From positions 1-64,000 of the forward strand of contig NW_026937553.1 of NCBI RefSeq assembly GCF_032062105.1: DNA of 64,000 nt, given 5' to 3'. The first letter of the stretch is position 1. Every line of letters begins with the position of its first letter. The position numbers were made by a program, and so were the translations under genes. Origin of the DNA: Saccostrea cucullata (Eukaryota). The notes below the pieces were generated by a model. The model had not been told where the DNA came from. It saw only the letters and a program-made list of their open reading frames with translations, and searched no databases. Shown in pieces: positions 52,238 through 64,000 of this stretch.

Positions 52238-54038
52238 CACTTATTCCACTTCTATTTGTTAGTATGTGGATTTAAGTACAAGTTTCCTAAATATCTCGTT
52301 TTCCAGATTGTTTATGCGTAGTAATCAGAGTAGAAAATTAGATTTGTGTAAACAAAATTGAGCCACATTCAGTCGAATATGCCCAAATCTGCTTACTACA
52401 TAGAATATGCCCAAATCTGATTAATACTTGTTTTCCTTAAATTGCCTAAAAGCAGTGTAAATCAAAATAGAATTTTAACAACAATACCTGATTTGGTATG
52501 TTAACGAGTATCAATATGAAGAATGCTGAATATGCAGTAACTGAATTTTTTTTTTGTAACACTCATTTGTACCTCATAATACATTTACTGATTTAATATA
52601 ACGATTAGTATGTAATCACTTACTATAAGGAAAAAGGAAAAATGTGTTTAATCTTGAGATTATTTTTATTCAGATGTGATGTGAAGTGATAGTTTTCTAA
52701 ACATGACTGCCTTATATGTCAAACAAAACTTAACTGTTCTTCATGCATGAAAAAGGGCATAAAATTTAAGTGCACATACAGCTAAAGTTCTATCATGTGG
52801 TTGTACAGAAGAAGATTTTTAAAGATTTTTCTTATATATCTCTGTAAAAGATGACATTGATAAACAAAATTACACCAAATCCAACATACTGAACAAAATT
52901 TAGGACTCCCAGTGGTTCTGGAGAAAAGAAAATTTATCCCATATTAAAATACTAAATGTATAGCATGTATAATGACAAGACTCCCAGGAAAGACTTTTTA
53001 AAAAGGTAAATCTCTTTCAAACACATTTAAAAGCAACTGCTGAAATATCATTTAATTTGTATAATCTACATTTGTTCTTTTATTCAAAGGTATTCTAAAC
53101 CTCTTTATATACATAGAGAATAATACATACCCTTTTCCATATCACATCCTGTATCAGCCCGAGACACCAATATTTGTGCCAAGTTTGGCCGAAGGCCCGA
53201 GTGGCTTGAGAAGAAGATGAAAATGTGAAAAGTTTCGAGACAACAACGACGACGACGACAACGACGATGTGACAAATGTGGAAAAGGGTATGTTTTATTA
53301 TATTTATTACTTATTCCACTTCTAGTTAATAAAATACAGTTGAGAAGAAAATAAGTTTAAATAATCATAGAAAATTGGATTTGTTACAAAATGTACATAG
53401 TCTATATGCCCAAATCTGCTTATAAGATTTGGGTTTGTTTTGTTTTCTAAATTTCTAAAAGCAGTGTAAATCAAAATAGAATTTTGAAATATGATTTGGT
53501 ATGTTAGTATTACATGTATATTGTAAATTAACTGAATTTTTTTTTGTAACCTTATTGTTCAAAAAGTTAATTTAATATAAGATTAGTATGTAATCACTTA
53601 CTATAAGGAAAAAGGAAAAATGTGTTTAATCTTGAGATTATTTTTATTCAGATGTGATGTGAAGTATTGTGGTTTTATGTCAAACAAAACTTAACTGTTC
53701 TTCATGCATGAAAAAGGGCATAAAATTTAAGTGCACATACAGCTAAAGTTCTATCATGTACTTACACGTCGAAGATGTATCTCTGAGATGACATTGATAA
53801 ACAAAATTACACCAAATCCAACATACTGAACAAAATTTAAGAACTCCTGAAAAAGAAAATTTATACCATATTAAAATACTAAATGTATAGCAAGTATAAT
53901 GACAACTCCCAGGAAAGACTTTTTAAAAAGGCAAATCTCTTTCAAACACATTTAAAAGCAACTGCTGAAATATCATTTAATTTGTATAATCTACATTTGT
54001 TCTTTTATTCAAAGGTATTCTAAACCTCTTTATATACA
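52238..54038. repeat. Tandem duplication (52238-53114 vs 53308-54038) including the CPES last exon
   Basis: Long near-identical blocks, for example gattagtatgtaatcacttactataaggaaaaagg and ggtattctaaacctctttatatacat, occur in both copies. Confidence 0.92.
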
Positions 54039-57000
54039 TTGAAATATGAACTGATTGTTACTGAATAAACGAGGTACAGATAACAAACAGTGGTGGATCT
54101 AAAAAATCTCTTAATACAAATATGTATGCTTGCTATAATTAATGCACAGTGCCACTGCAATGGTATTGGTTTCACTTGCAGTAACACAATATTGTATTCT
54201 CTTACCCAAACTTTGTCCATAAATATAATCAGACAATATAACTGTAACAGTGCCTGGCCATCAATATATCGCCAGACATACAGAATAAGCCATGTACTCA
54301 ATGTATGCAACGATGCCGTCTGCTTCACCTACAAAATAAGGACATTTACTGAGAAAATGTAATCAACAGCAATTACATATTAATGAAAACAATGTAATCT
54401 ACACCAATTACATATTAATGCAGACAATGGCTCATAGTAATGATATTATCAAGTATGTCCTGTAGTTAATATTTTACACTCACAGTTTTTTGTGCATCTA
54501 ACTTAGATGCATAAGTCTCGCCATACTGTTCTACCCGCTTGTCCCAAGTTCCTGAAGAGAAGAATACCTGCATTCCAAAGCACAGACATTTCCAAAAAAT
54601 CATTTTCTTGCTGGGTTTCCCATTGGTTTTCTCCCCACTGCTATAGCCATTTTCTGCTTTGGTAAGAGGTAAAGTAGCACTGCCTTCCTCCTTGTACTTA
54701 TTGAAAAAGGACGGCGACATTTTGAATAAATAAAATAACACTCCAAAAGAGAAAATGACTCCCCCTGTTATATCACATCCAGCATCGATCAAAAATCCCC
54801 AACTGTCATGATGGGACTTGTATTCGTGCTGCTGGTTTTTATGACTACGGAAAACCACCCCATCTAAACTGTCTAGCCAGGTTCGGAACTCGTACACCAG
54901 TACCCCGAGTCTTCTGGTTCTCAAAGAGTCGGAGGAGACAAACTTTGCTGCCACCAAAGCAAGAAAAAGATGGGTAAAACTGATCATATTTGGCGAGATA
55001 AAATAGAAAATCTTGCTGAATCTGGTGATTTCATCAAAGCGTTCCGACGTTGGATTGATTATGTAATGTTGAATAGGATCGCTCATAAGCAGCTTGGTTG
55101 AGAGGGGGGAGAAAGGAGAATACGACCCCTCGTGTTTTTGATCGATTAGCGTAGTATTTTGAAGCGAGCAGTAGAGAATAATATCCATTATGATGATGTA
55201 TAAAAAGAGCAGTAGTCCCAAAATAAAGTAACACCCTTTGTCCGATTTCAGGGACTGCATCATGTAGGAAAACATATTGACTTGATTTGTACTGGCCACT
55301 AGAAATCACATAGACTACAAAGACACAGCTACAAAAGGTTTCACATTTCAGAGTCCCACTATAGACGTGTCCAACTCACAGAATCTTGTCATTCCATTAC
55401 GAAAAATACTTCCATTAGTGAAATGCTGAATGTTTCCTATTCCTAAGTTGATGAAGAAGCTCCTAAAAAAAAATTCCATACATGAAAAATCAATAAGTAT
55501 TATTGCACAAGTATGTTCATTGATAGATAATAAAAATGACAGAGGAAGACCTACACAACTCATCCGAAAATGAAAATTGTGTTATCTTCTTATGGCGTGT
55601 GAGACCAATGTCATAAGTATGCAGCTGTGTAGATATTTAAAGATTTATAAGTGTACAGCTACTTTATAAGAAGGACATATTTGTTACAGATTAATATCTC
55701 GTATATAAAATGTGTGCAGTTTTACAGAGATGGATGCGTCATACACACAAGTTTAGTTTTTCTCAAGTTTATCAACACTCGAGTGTAATGTACAAGGACA
55801 ATGGCACAACTTACTGTACTTAACCTCTGTACATCAGAAAATATCAACCTCTAACAGACTTTATCAGGATCGAATCATCAAACAAGATCCTCCATATCAA
55901 CAAATGCATGAAAGTATATCAGATAATTTCTGATAAATCACCTAACTATGTAAATATTTTAATAATTACAAGTTTATAACTTGTAACATATTAGACCGTT
56001 GTTTTACTAACCTTTCTCCTAATGTCAAGGTACTTGTTTGTAAATTCTACCCCTAATTAAATCAGCAAAAAAAAAAAATGATGATAAGCTACACCTGTCT
56101 TGATTTGGCTAAAAATTACGGAATTAAAAGTCAGATTCTATGGACATCCTCCAAGGCAATGTTTACATTTGAAATTAGACTATTCTGGCATAATTTTCTG
56201 AACAAAATAAAGATTAAGAAATACCTGACTCAGACGATCTAAATCAGGAAACAAAAGCATTGTCCTGCTGTGGTCAGCAGGTATACACCTGGATTTACCA
56301 TTTAAATTGTTTACTTCAAATCACTAATTCCATAGGTTTTATGTTCGGTAATTGTGCGCTGTTTGTCAACAAAGACAATCCTTACATTTCGCAACTCAGC
56401 TTGAATTCATCAATATCAGGTAAACAAAGTGAATGTGTCACAGGATATCTATCAAAATGGCAATTTACCTGTACCATTCAGCTCTATAGGTATTAAATAA
56501 TTATACTGCTGAAATTTTAATCCTCATCAATCACAAGAAATTAATTCCAATGGCATAATTATGAACATGCATGAATCAGTTTAGAATTTTACTAAAAGGT
56601 TCCAATTTGATAGCACTTCTTCATAGTTTCTCAACTCTGCATTAGGTGTTAGAAAAAGTGTTTAAACTGTATCCATTGATAATTGATTCATCTCTCTCTT
56701 TTCTTCAAAGGCAGTTTCCAAACTACTTAGCTATACTGAAATGCACACTATTTACAAAATTCTTATTTTGATTTCTAACTTAGTTGGAAAATTATTTTAT
56801 TTCACTATGATATAAAGACTTAACCTCCATGCAACATACATTTTTATTTAATCTCAGAATTAATTATTGTTTATTGTTTTAATTAAAAGAGTAAGTAAAA
56901 TTAAAGCCAGACATTATTTGGGATTTATATTTTGATTCTGTGTGTGTGTGTGTGTGGGGGGCAATTAATTAATTTTCTATTAACTTTAGCAGAAGGATCA

Positions 57001-57945
57001 TTTTTCCTGACATTTATATATAAGGGATATTAGCTGATTAAACCCGGCCTGCTTAATAATCTCATAGTCTTTCTTGCTATAGGAAGAAACAGAATTCAAT
57101 TTACATGTAATATGATATCATGATTTGTCAAGCTCATATTTTAATGATTAAAAGACTTCAATATGTAATTCAGTTTTTACTGATTGCTGCGCATGGTTTT
57201 GAGTTACTGCATTTCACTTACCATTTTCATAAATTGTAAATAAATGTGAAATCAAGACAATCATGAGCAATCACAGCTTCCTTTCAAAATATCTCCAGGG
57301 TAAATGAGAGAGGGCAAATGGCAATTTTTATCATCATTCATATACATGTACGCATAATACAGTACAATTTATTCATTTACATTTTACATTATGCATATAT
57401 ATAGTCTTGATCTAGAGTTGTGCCGTTCACTACTTGTAATAATACCCTAATATTAAGCCTAATTATAAATTCAGAATCTTTGTAAATGTTGAACTGCATT
57501 CTGTGATTATGTTTAAACATGTCAAAAATGTTTAGATTTCAGGGGTTTCCATAGTGTTACAGCACAGTAAGATACCTGATATATTTACCTGTTCAGCTCA
57601 ATGCAAATACACTGTATGAATGTTGATGTATGTATTCCCCATAGAACGTACTCTAATTAAGTTACAAGTAATAAAGACAGGCCAAACAAAAAAAAATAAC
57701 GTTTACCGTTCGATGTAAAGAAAAAATATAAGTTTGGGCTCATAATGAACATGATGAATGATTCAAATGTACAACTGCCAAATCGTCAGCTGATGCCACA
57801 AATACACCGGTTATTCTGTCGGTTTTGTTGCAAAAAAAGCCTCGTAAAGCCATATTAAGTAAATATACACTGCATTGTGAATAAAATTATATGGAATACA
57901 AAAGGTAGAAACTGAAACTAGATCTCACTTACCTTTCAAGTCCAT
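53754..57945 (-). CDS. CPES: Ceramide phosphoethanolamine synthase (CDP-alcohol phosphotransferase family)
   Basis: Exons 57945-57933 (MDLK, tentative), 55298-54484, 54328-54206 and 53846-53754 (EFLNFVQYVG..HLRRVST*). Motifs: LMSDPIQHYI, ISPNMISFTH, CDP-alcohol motif DSLDGVVFR..GFLIDAGCD, SSGTWD and WRYIDG. Confidence 0.9.
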
Positions 57946-58009
57946 CACACAATAGGTATTCGACGTAATAATTTAGGTGCGTGAACTCACCTATAACAAT
58001 AACTTCAAG

Positions 58010-58020
58010 ACGCATGCGCA
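58010..58020. promoter_or_regulatory. NRF1-like site at the CPES promoter
   Basis: acgcatgcgca closely matches the (T)GCGCATGCGCA consensus and lies about 65 bp upstream of the putative first-exon ATG. Confidence 0.45.
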
Positions 58021-58379
58021 AGACACAGTAACTTGTTCATCAATGAAGTCGTAACATCAGGGACCTCTGTCTATAGCAGGTCCCTGATAAAATTAAAGAA
58101 TTTAAAACTGTATGACTTATCAAACTTATCTTAAATTGTTGACATGAAGAATATAATAAACATTAAATATGATGAAATCGTGTTCGGAGAAAGTCAGAGA
58201 GCTAAGACAGTCGTATTGTTGGATCGAAAAAAAAGGGGGGGGCACTCTTGATTCTAGTTATTATCATTTTTTTTAAAGGTATATATCTTATATTTATATA
58301 CTTTAGCATAAACCACTATTTGGAAAAAATACTTATTTAAATACTATAAATAGGTACTTTACGTGTATTTCTGACTCTA

Positions 58380-59755
58380 TCTACTGAAGTGATACTTTAG
58401 CCCCTGTATCTATGAAAGCCCTAAACTTATTTTTCCCGAATTTAAGAAGACAAGAACTTGGATTTCCCGTTAAACAAATTTTATATACAGTTTTCCTACC
58501 ACATTTATTTAACCTCTCTTCATCGGCTTCATTATGAAAAGAGCTTCTTAGTTTTCCTGTTGTTTCGAACCTTTCAAAGGATTATATTGGGGTCTAAAAG
58601 AATTTTGACGCTGAAAAAACCTCCTCCCATGATATCTTTCAGGACAATTTCTGCGAATATGCCCATATTTTTCACAATGCCAACACTGTAAATTACACAC
58701 CCCTTCTCTTAAACCATTGGAAACTTCTCTTACATGTACTCTGGGTCTTTGATTATTAGAATTTGGTTTGTTTGCCAAAACTTGAAAGGGACAAAATCTT
58801 GCCCTAGCCTATGCCCAATTTTCCTACACCTGTGAAAACGCTGATTACGAAAGTGATCCATTTCCATGGCTTCTTCTTTTCGAAAAATATTTGATTTTAA
58901 TTCTGAAAATCTTAATAACAAATTCTCTCCCGCCGTATTTAATTATCTGTTGATTAGAAGATATGTCACCCCCGTTATCTTGAGATCTTAAAGGCAAACG
59001 TTTGCGCAAATTTTGTTCCCTCGTTGCCACTTGAACCGCGTTTTATAGCGTTTTGGGATTTTCTCTTAAAACTTTCATTCTCAAGAAATCAAAGGATAAA
59101 TCATCAGTAAAAATATCAACCAACTGTTTTTGAATAATTTCATGTTCCACATTTTCAGACGCGTATGCATCTTCCGCGACTTGTAAAATTCTTTCAGCAA
59201 ATATTTGTACACTCTCATTGGAATGTTGTCTCATCTTTCCTATGATTGCCAATGCATGTTGTGCATCAGTAATTTCTGCAAATCTATTTTTCAAGAATTG
59301 TTTTAAATCATTCCAGCTAGGAAATTCACCAGAACCTTCTATCTCTGCTAAATATCTTTTAATAAAATCTCCCATAGACCCTTTACAAGTGACATTATGC
59401 TATTTTTGAAATATCTTCATTATTCATATCAGACATCTTGGCATATTTTTCTATATCTTTTATCCATTGTTTAAATTTTCCCGGATCCCCCTCAAAAGGT
59501 GTAATAACCTGATTAATAGGAACAGCAATTGCAGCAGTGACTGATTTAACCTGATTTAAAACAGAACTCATGCCTTCTTTAATTTTCTTATCCTCTTCAC
59601 CCCCCTCATCTTGTAGACGGAAAGCAATTTGAACTCATTCCCTCATTATAATTAGATTTATCATTTACAATTCCAGTTTCAGATATTTGCGCTGTTAAAT
59701 CGTCGATTGCCTTTGTTAAATCATCCCCAAAGGATGGCACTTTCGCCGAAGCCAT
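58380..59755 (-). mobile_element. Degenerate Ty3/Gypsy-type LTR retrotransposon gag-protease relic
   Basis: Gag capsid-like segments PFEGDP, SWNDLKQFLKNRFAEITD and RQHSNESVQIFAERI. Zinc knuckle CWHCEKYGHIRRNC plus a decayed HRCRKIGH. Aspartic protease motif AFIDTGAKVS. Several stops and frameshifts; no RT follows. Confidence 0.85.
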
Positions 59756-60808
59756 TTTTAAAAAGAATACTTTAATAGTTAATTAAAGATAGGCCACGGT
59801 ACTTTTACTCATCAACGTATTTCACTTAACCTGTTTCATATTCCCTCAAGTGATAGACAGAAAACGCTAATTCTGATAGTCCATTACAGGAAGAATCGTA
59901 AGAACTTTCTTGTGGATCGTCATGTTTTGTTGAGGATTCATTGCTATGGAATAATACAGAAAATGTGAGAGTAGAACCCTCTCAAAGCCCTAGGCTAATG
60001 AACCGAACGAAAATGACACAAACGATGCGGAACCTGAGGAAGCAAATCGTTTGCATACTATTGATTGTTATGTGAGTAAAACGATAGAAAATATACACAA
60101 TAGCATTTTAAATCATTATTTAAAAAATATATATTAACCCCCCCCCAAAAAAAAAAATTTAACATATAAAGGCCTAAACAGCTGATAGCATGAATAATGT
60201 AAGTCCCTACTGATTTTAATTTTGCATTCATTTTTTCCATTTGTTGTGGGAACCCACTCTTTTTTCTACACTTTTTACATTTTACGTTTAAAGTTTTAGA
60301 ATATTTTTTCATTGTCATTTTTTTTTAATTTTTTGCAATGATTTTTTAAACAAATGACCCCACCCCCTCCAGTAAAACTGTACGCATGACTTTTTAAAAT
60401 TAATTTAGATCAAAGACAAGTTACTTCGTTGCTTGCAGTTGTATAAATTGATTTTAAAAGATAAAATTTGTATGTTTTACAATTTTATGAATTAAAAGAA
60501 AAAAAATGTTTTAATCCTCATTTTAAAATATTGAGGAATTTACCGGTAATTTGTTCAAGGTTACGTATATATCTAGGCTTGATGCAACACATTCAATTAA
60601 AAGTCAGATTCTAAATTCGACTTTCAGAGTTTAGTGAGTTTACTAAAATTGTTAAAATATAACTGATATTTATGTATAATTTGTTTTATGTGTCACATTA
60701 TTCACGTGTTTGTCGATTGTTTCATGCAATATTTTATCCAATATTGAACAAGTCCCGGGTCCCGGATGATCGACATTCTACCTTGTAGATGTCCAATCTA
60801 AACATTAC

Positions 60809-61152
60809 TGTAATATATATAGAAGTTGATACACAGTTACATTTATCTAAATTAAATAATCATTTAAATTCGTATTTAGTGCTAATGAGAACAAAAAATT
60901 GATGTATAGAACTATAGACGGTGTGAAATGGACCTCGCCCCTGTAAATCCAAACAATATATAATATACACACTGTTCTCGGTAAAAATTTCAGCACGTTA
61001 CTGTAAGCTAAAACTTCAATTATTCGAGATAGAAAGATTATTTTGGAATAAATGTGCACAACCAGCAATCCTCGGCTTACTCTGCTACACTCCATTCAAA
61101 TAAATATACGAGCCATGCAAGGAGCTCCGAGTGATGTGTATACGCCATTACA
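60809..61152 (-). mobile_element. Candidate LTR with adjacent polypurine tract
   Basis: tgtaat...attaca termini enclose 344 bp. On the - strand it is immediately preceded by a G14 run (61153-61166). Confidence 0.5.
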
Positions 61153-64000
61153 CCCCCCCCCCCCCCAAATAGAATTAATAACCCCACAAATTAATGATGA
61201 TTGTGGGATTTTATTTTAAAAAAACGTAGTTATTTTTTTTTTAAATCCTATTTAACTTTTCATTCTTATAATCAGGTTATGACAGGGTGGGTAAATCTTA
61301 AAATGTCGGGAAAAAATTTAAAATCATATGCTTGTATGAAATGGCTTTATAAAAGGTTATTTCACAGAGATAAAAAAGAATTTTAACAGACAATATTATT
61401 AAGAGTTCACAAGCGTAAATAAGCAGTGATTAAATACAATCGCAGAGTAAATCAAGATAGAGTCACGGAAACACTAAGAAAGGGGTGAACAGCTTCCAAA
61501 TGTGAAATTATTATGATCTTCTAATAATAACATCAGTGATTGAAAAAGAATACGGAAATAATGAGGTTTGGAAAAAAAATCTACAACATGCACTTTACCG
61601 ATGATGTGAACTTCAAAACAATGATCCGGCACTTCATTATAATTTAATTGATCAAATATATCTATGAGCGATATTTTTTTTAGAAGGGGGGTTGTGGTGC
61701 TTGTACCAGCCCTGTAAAGGTTATGGTCGAACTAAAAAAAAATTTTTTAGTAAATTAAATGTGTAAATACAAAAATGGGGAAGCAAAGCTGATCAAAGCG
61801 AAAATGAATTACTCAAAAAAATAAAAGAGAATAAAGAAAAAAAAATAGGAATTAATCTTTAAATTAAAGGCCTCCCTTTCCGTAATGTCGTGTTTGTGAT
61901 AAAAAAAAAAAACTTGCGCATTCAAAAAAAAAATTGGGGAGGGGGAGGGGGCGTATTCAAACCATATAGTTACAATATTTATGCATGTAGAAGTATAGTG
62001 TTTTTTTTTCCAGAAATAAAATTAGAAATCAAGAAAATGAAACTAACGTACTGCCTGCTTGCGTTTGATTTTAAAATTTTACAAGACCTGTAGGCAACGA
62101 AAACAGGACATCAAATTAGTTTTGAAAATGACCACTGCTTATTATCATCACATTTTATTGCATCTTGCAGTTTTAAAACCTCGGAGGGTTGCGCCAAAGG
62201 TGACGGTGTTGATGATTTACTAATATATACTTGTACTGCAAGTCACACTTGTGACGTCACACACGTCACTTCCGGTATACAGCGATTTTCAGTGCGAGCT
62301 CTCAGGTGTAAACTAAGCTATTTTTAGTAATATCTCTAATCAGCGAAAGAGAAAGTAGCTGTGCTGTATATCATTTTACTTGTAATTATAATGACTATCG
62401 AACTATGTTAAAATGTAAAACCTGCCAAGCCTTTCTTTAAACCAAAGAAATACGCACGCTAACTCTCGATCCCCGCCTATATTTTGGAACCGTTTAATTC
62501 AATATAAATAGCAATTTGGCCATAAAATCTTTGTTTAATACAAAGAACAGTTCAATGGTAATTGATAAATTGTCTTAATACCAGCGCTAAACAGTAAATT
62601 ATTTATAAATTCAGCTCTTGAAAAAAGGGGGGTAGACGATATTTTCCTTTGAAATCAGAGTTTCAAGCATCACCATATTTTGAAATAGTCTTGGATATGA
62701 TTTAATGTTTCTTATATCTTTTCTTACGTTTTAGGCAAATAAATAAAACATAAATATTTCAATAAAATATAATGTTTCAGTTGTATATCGCTATGAAATT
62801 GATGGAAAATAAGCATTTTTATCGTTTTTTGCAAATAAACATATGTCCCCCCCCCCCCCCCGTGTCACACAAAAAGCTTTGGTATGAATTTGTGAAATAA
62901 CGTTCCATATTACCTGTAAAAAGGAATTTTTGATGTTTTAAAAATATTTTCCGTTTTCCGTTGATTTCTATAGTAAAAAACACAAGTTTTACCAAAATTT
63001 TAGAGTTATCTCTCTTTGTTTTCCCAAATAAGTAATGTTTTATGAAAATCCATATAATTATCTACAAAAAATATTAAAAATTCATCGAATATGTTAACTT
63101 TTGAAAATTGACTTGGAGGTAGGCGGGAGAACAATACTATCGTTCGCAGTTCTTTTAGAATTTCAAAGAAGATGGTCTTAAAAACAAGGTAGAAAAGAAA
63201 ACAATGTCTTACCCTTTTCTTGTGAAATTATTAGTGAATACAAATGATGATCGTATAGTGGTTACGAACAAAAGAGATACCGAAGATCGCCGTAGATAGT
63301 ATTTATAATGTACAATACATAATAGTCATTTGCATATACGATAAACAAGTTATTCAATAAATGGGTCTAAATCCTGGAATTTTGACAAAACAATTTATAA
63401 TCAAAACATAAGTTTTTGTAAACTGGTGGTCAGTGTCCTTGTATTAGGCAAAAGTGAGTATAACTTTAATATAAACTTTAATAATGTTCAGTTATTGTTT
63501 TGGGATTGATGTCCGTAGATAGACAAACATCCTGGTATGTTATATAGTCTTTAATCCGAATAACTTGTTTGTTTACTTTTACGGAAAAGTCTTACACTTC
63601 TGTATCCTTCTTGAATTAGGTGTCAATGCACTCGATAATAAGTACATTGTAAATAATTGATGATGTTTATTTTACCAATTAAAATATTAGTCTCAAACCC
63701 TATAGGTTTACATAAATAAGGGAATCTGAAGACAAAAGATAGAAACATTGGTCTGTTAGTTTAAAACAAAATTTCATTGCTAGTTTATAATCAACGTTTT
63801 TATCTAAATATAAAACAGTTGTGTTAGACTAAGTGTGTCTTTTATTTCTAGTTTATAGAAATATATGGAATCAATATACATGTAGGAAAGAAAATGAATA
63901 TTATTTATTGAGAAAACGTTTTCACAAAAATAGATTATTTTTCATATTAACGTTTTCAAATAAATTTTGCTTCATTTGAATACAAAATAGGTCTACTAAC

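Overview
AT-rich eukaryotic genomic DNA with GT-AG introns. The repeat content (V-domain tRNA-SINE, HINE/pearl-like MITEs, Penelope-like RT fossils) suggests a bivalve, probably an oyster; this is an inference. I spliced six genes by hand. (1) A TPR + CHAT-domain (TTC28-like) gene on - runs off the left end and lacks the catalytic His/Cys. (2) A membrane-anchored torsin AAA+ ATPase on + has a single coding exon. (3, 4) A head-to-head pair of highly diverged TRPM-like channel paralogues: the - copy looks intact, while the + copy has a corrupted S5 segment. (5) A type I membrane protein on - has Cys-rich EB-like modules flanking a Ser/Thr mucin stalk. (6) A ceramide phosphoethanolamine synthase (CPES) on - has a probable long 3' UTR and a duplicated last exon. 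The rest is transposon debris: SINEs, PIF/Harbinger and Tc1-like MITEs, a Sola-like transposase relic, Penelope-like RT relics and a Gypsy gag-protease relic with a candidate LTR. The best candidate for a new system is the divergently transcribed, shortened TRPM pair. Several segments interleave unique and repeat sequence in short blocks and may be assembly artefacts. All family assignments come from motif recognition, not database searches.
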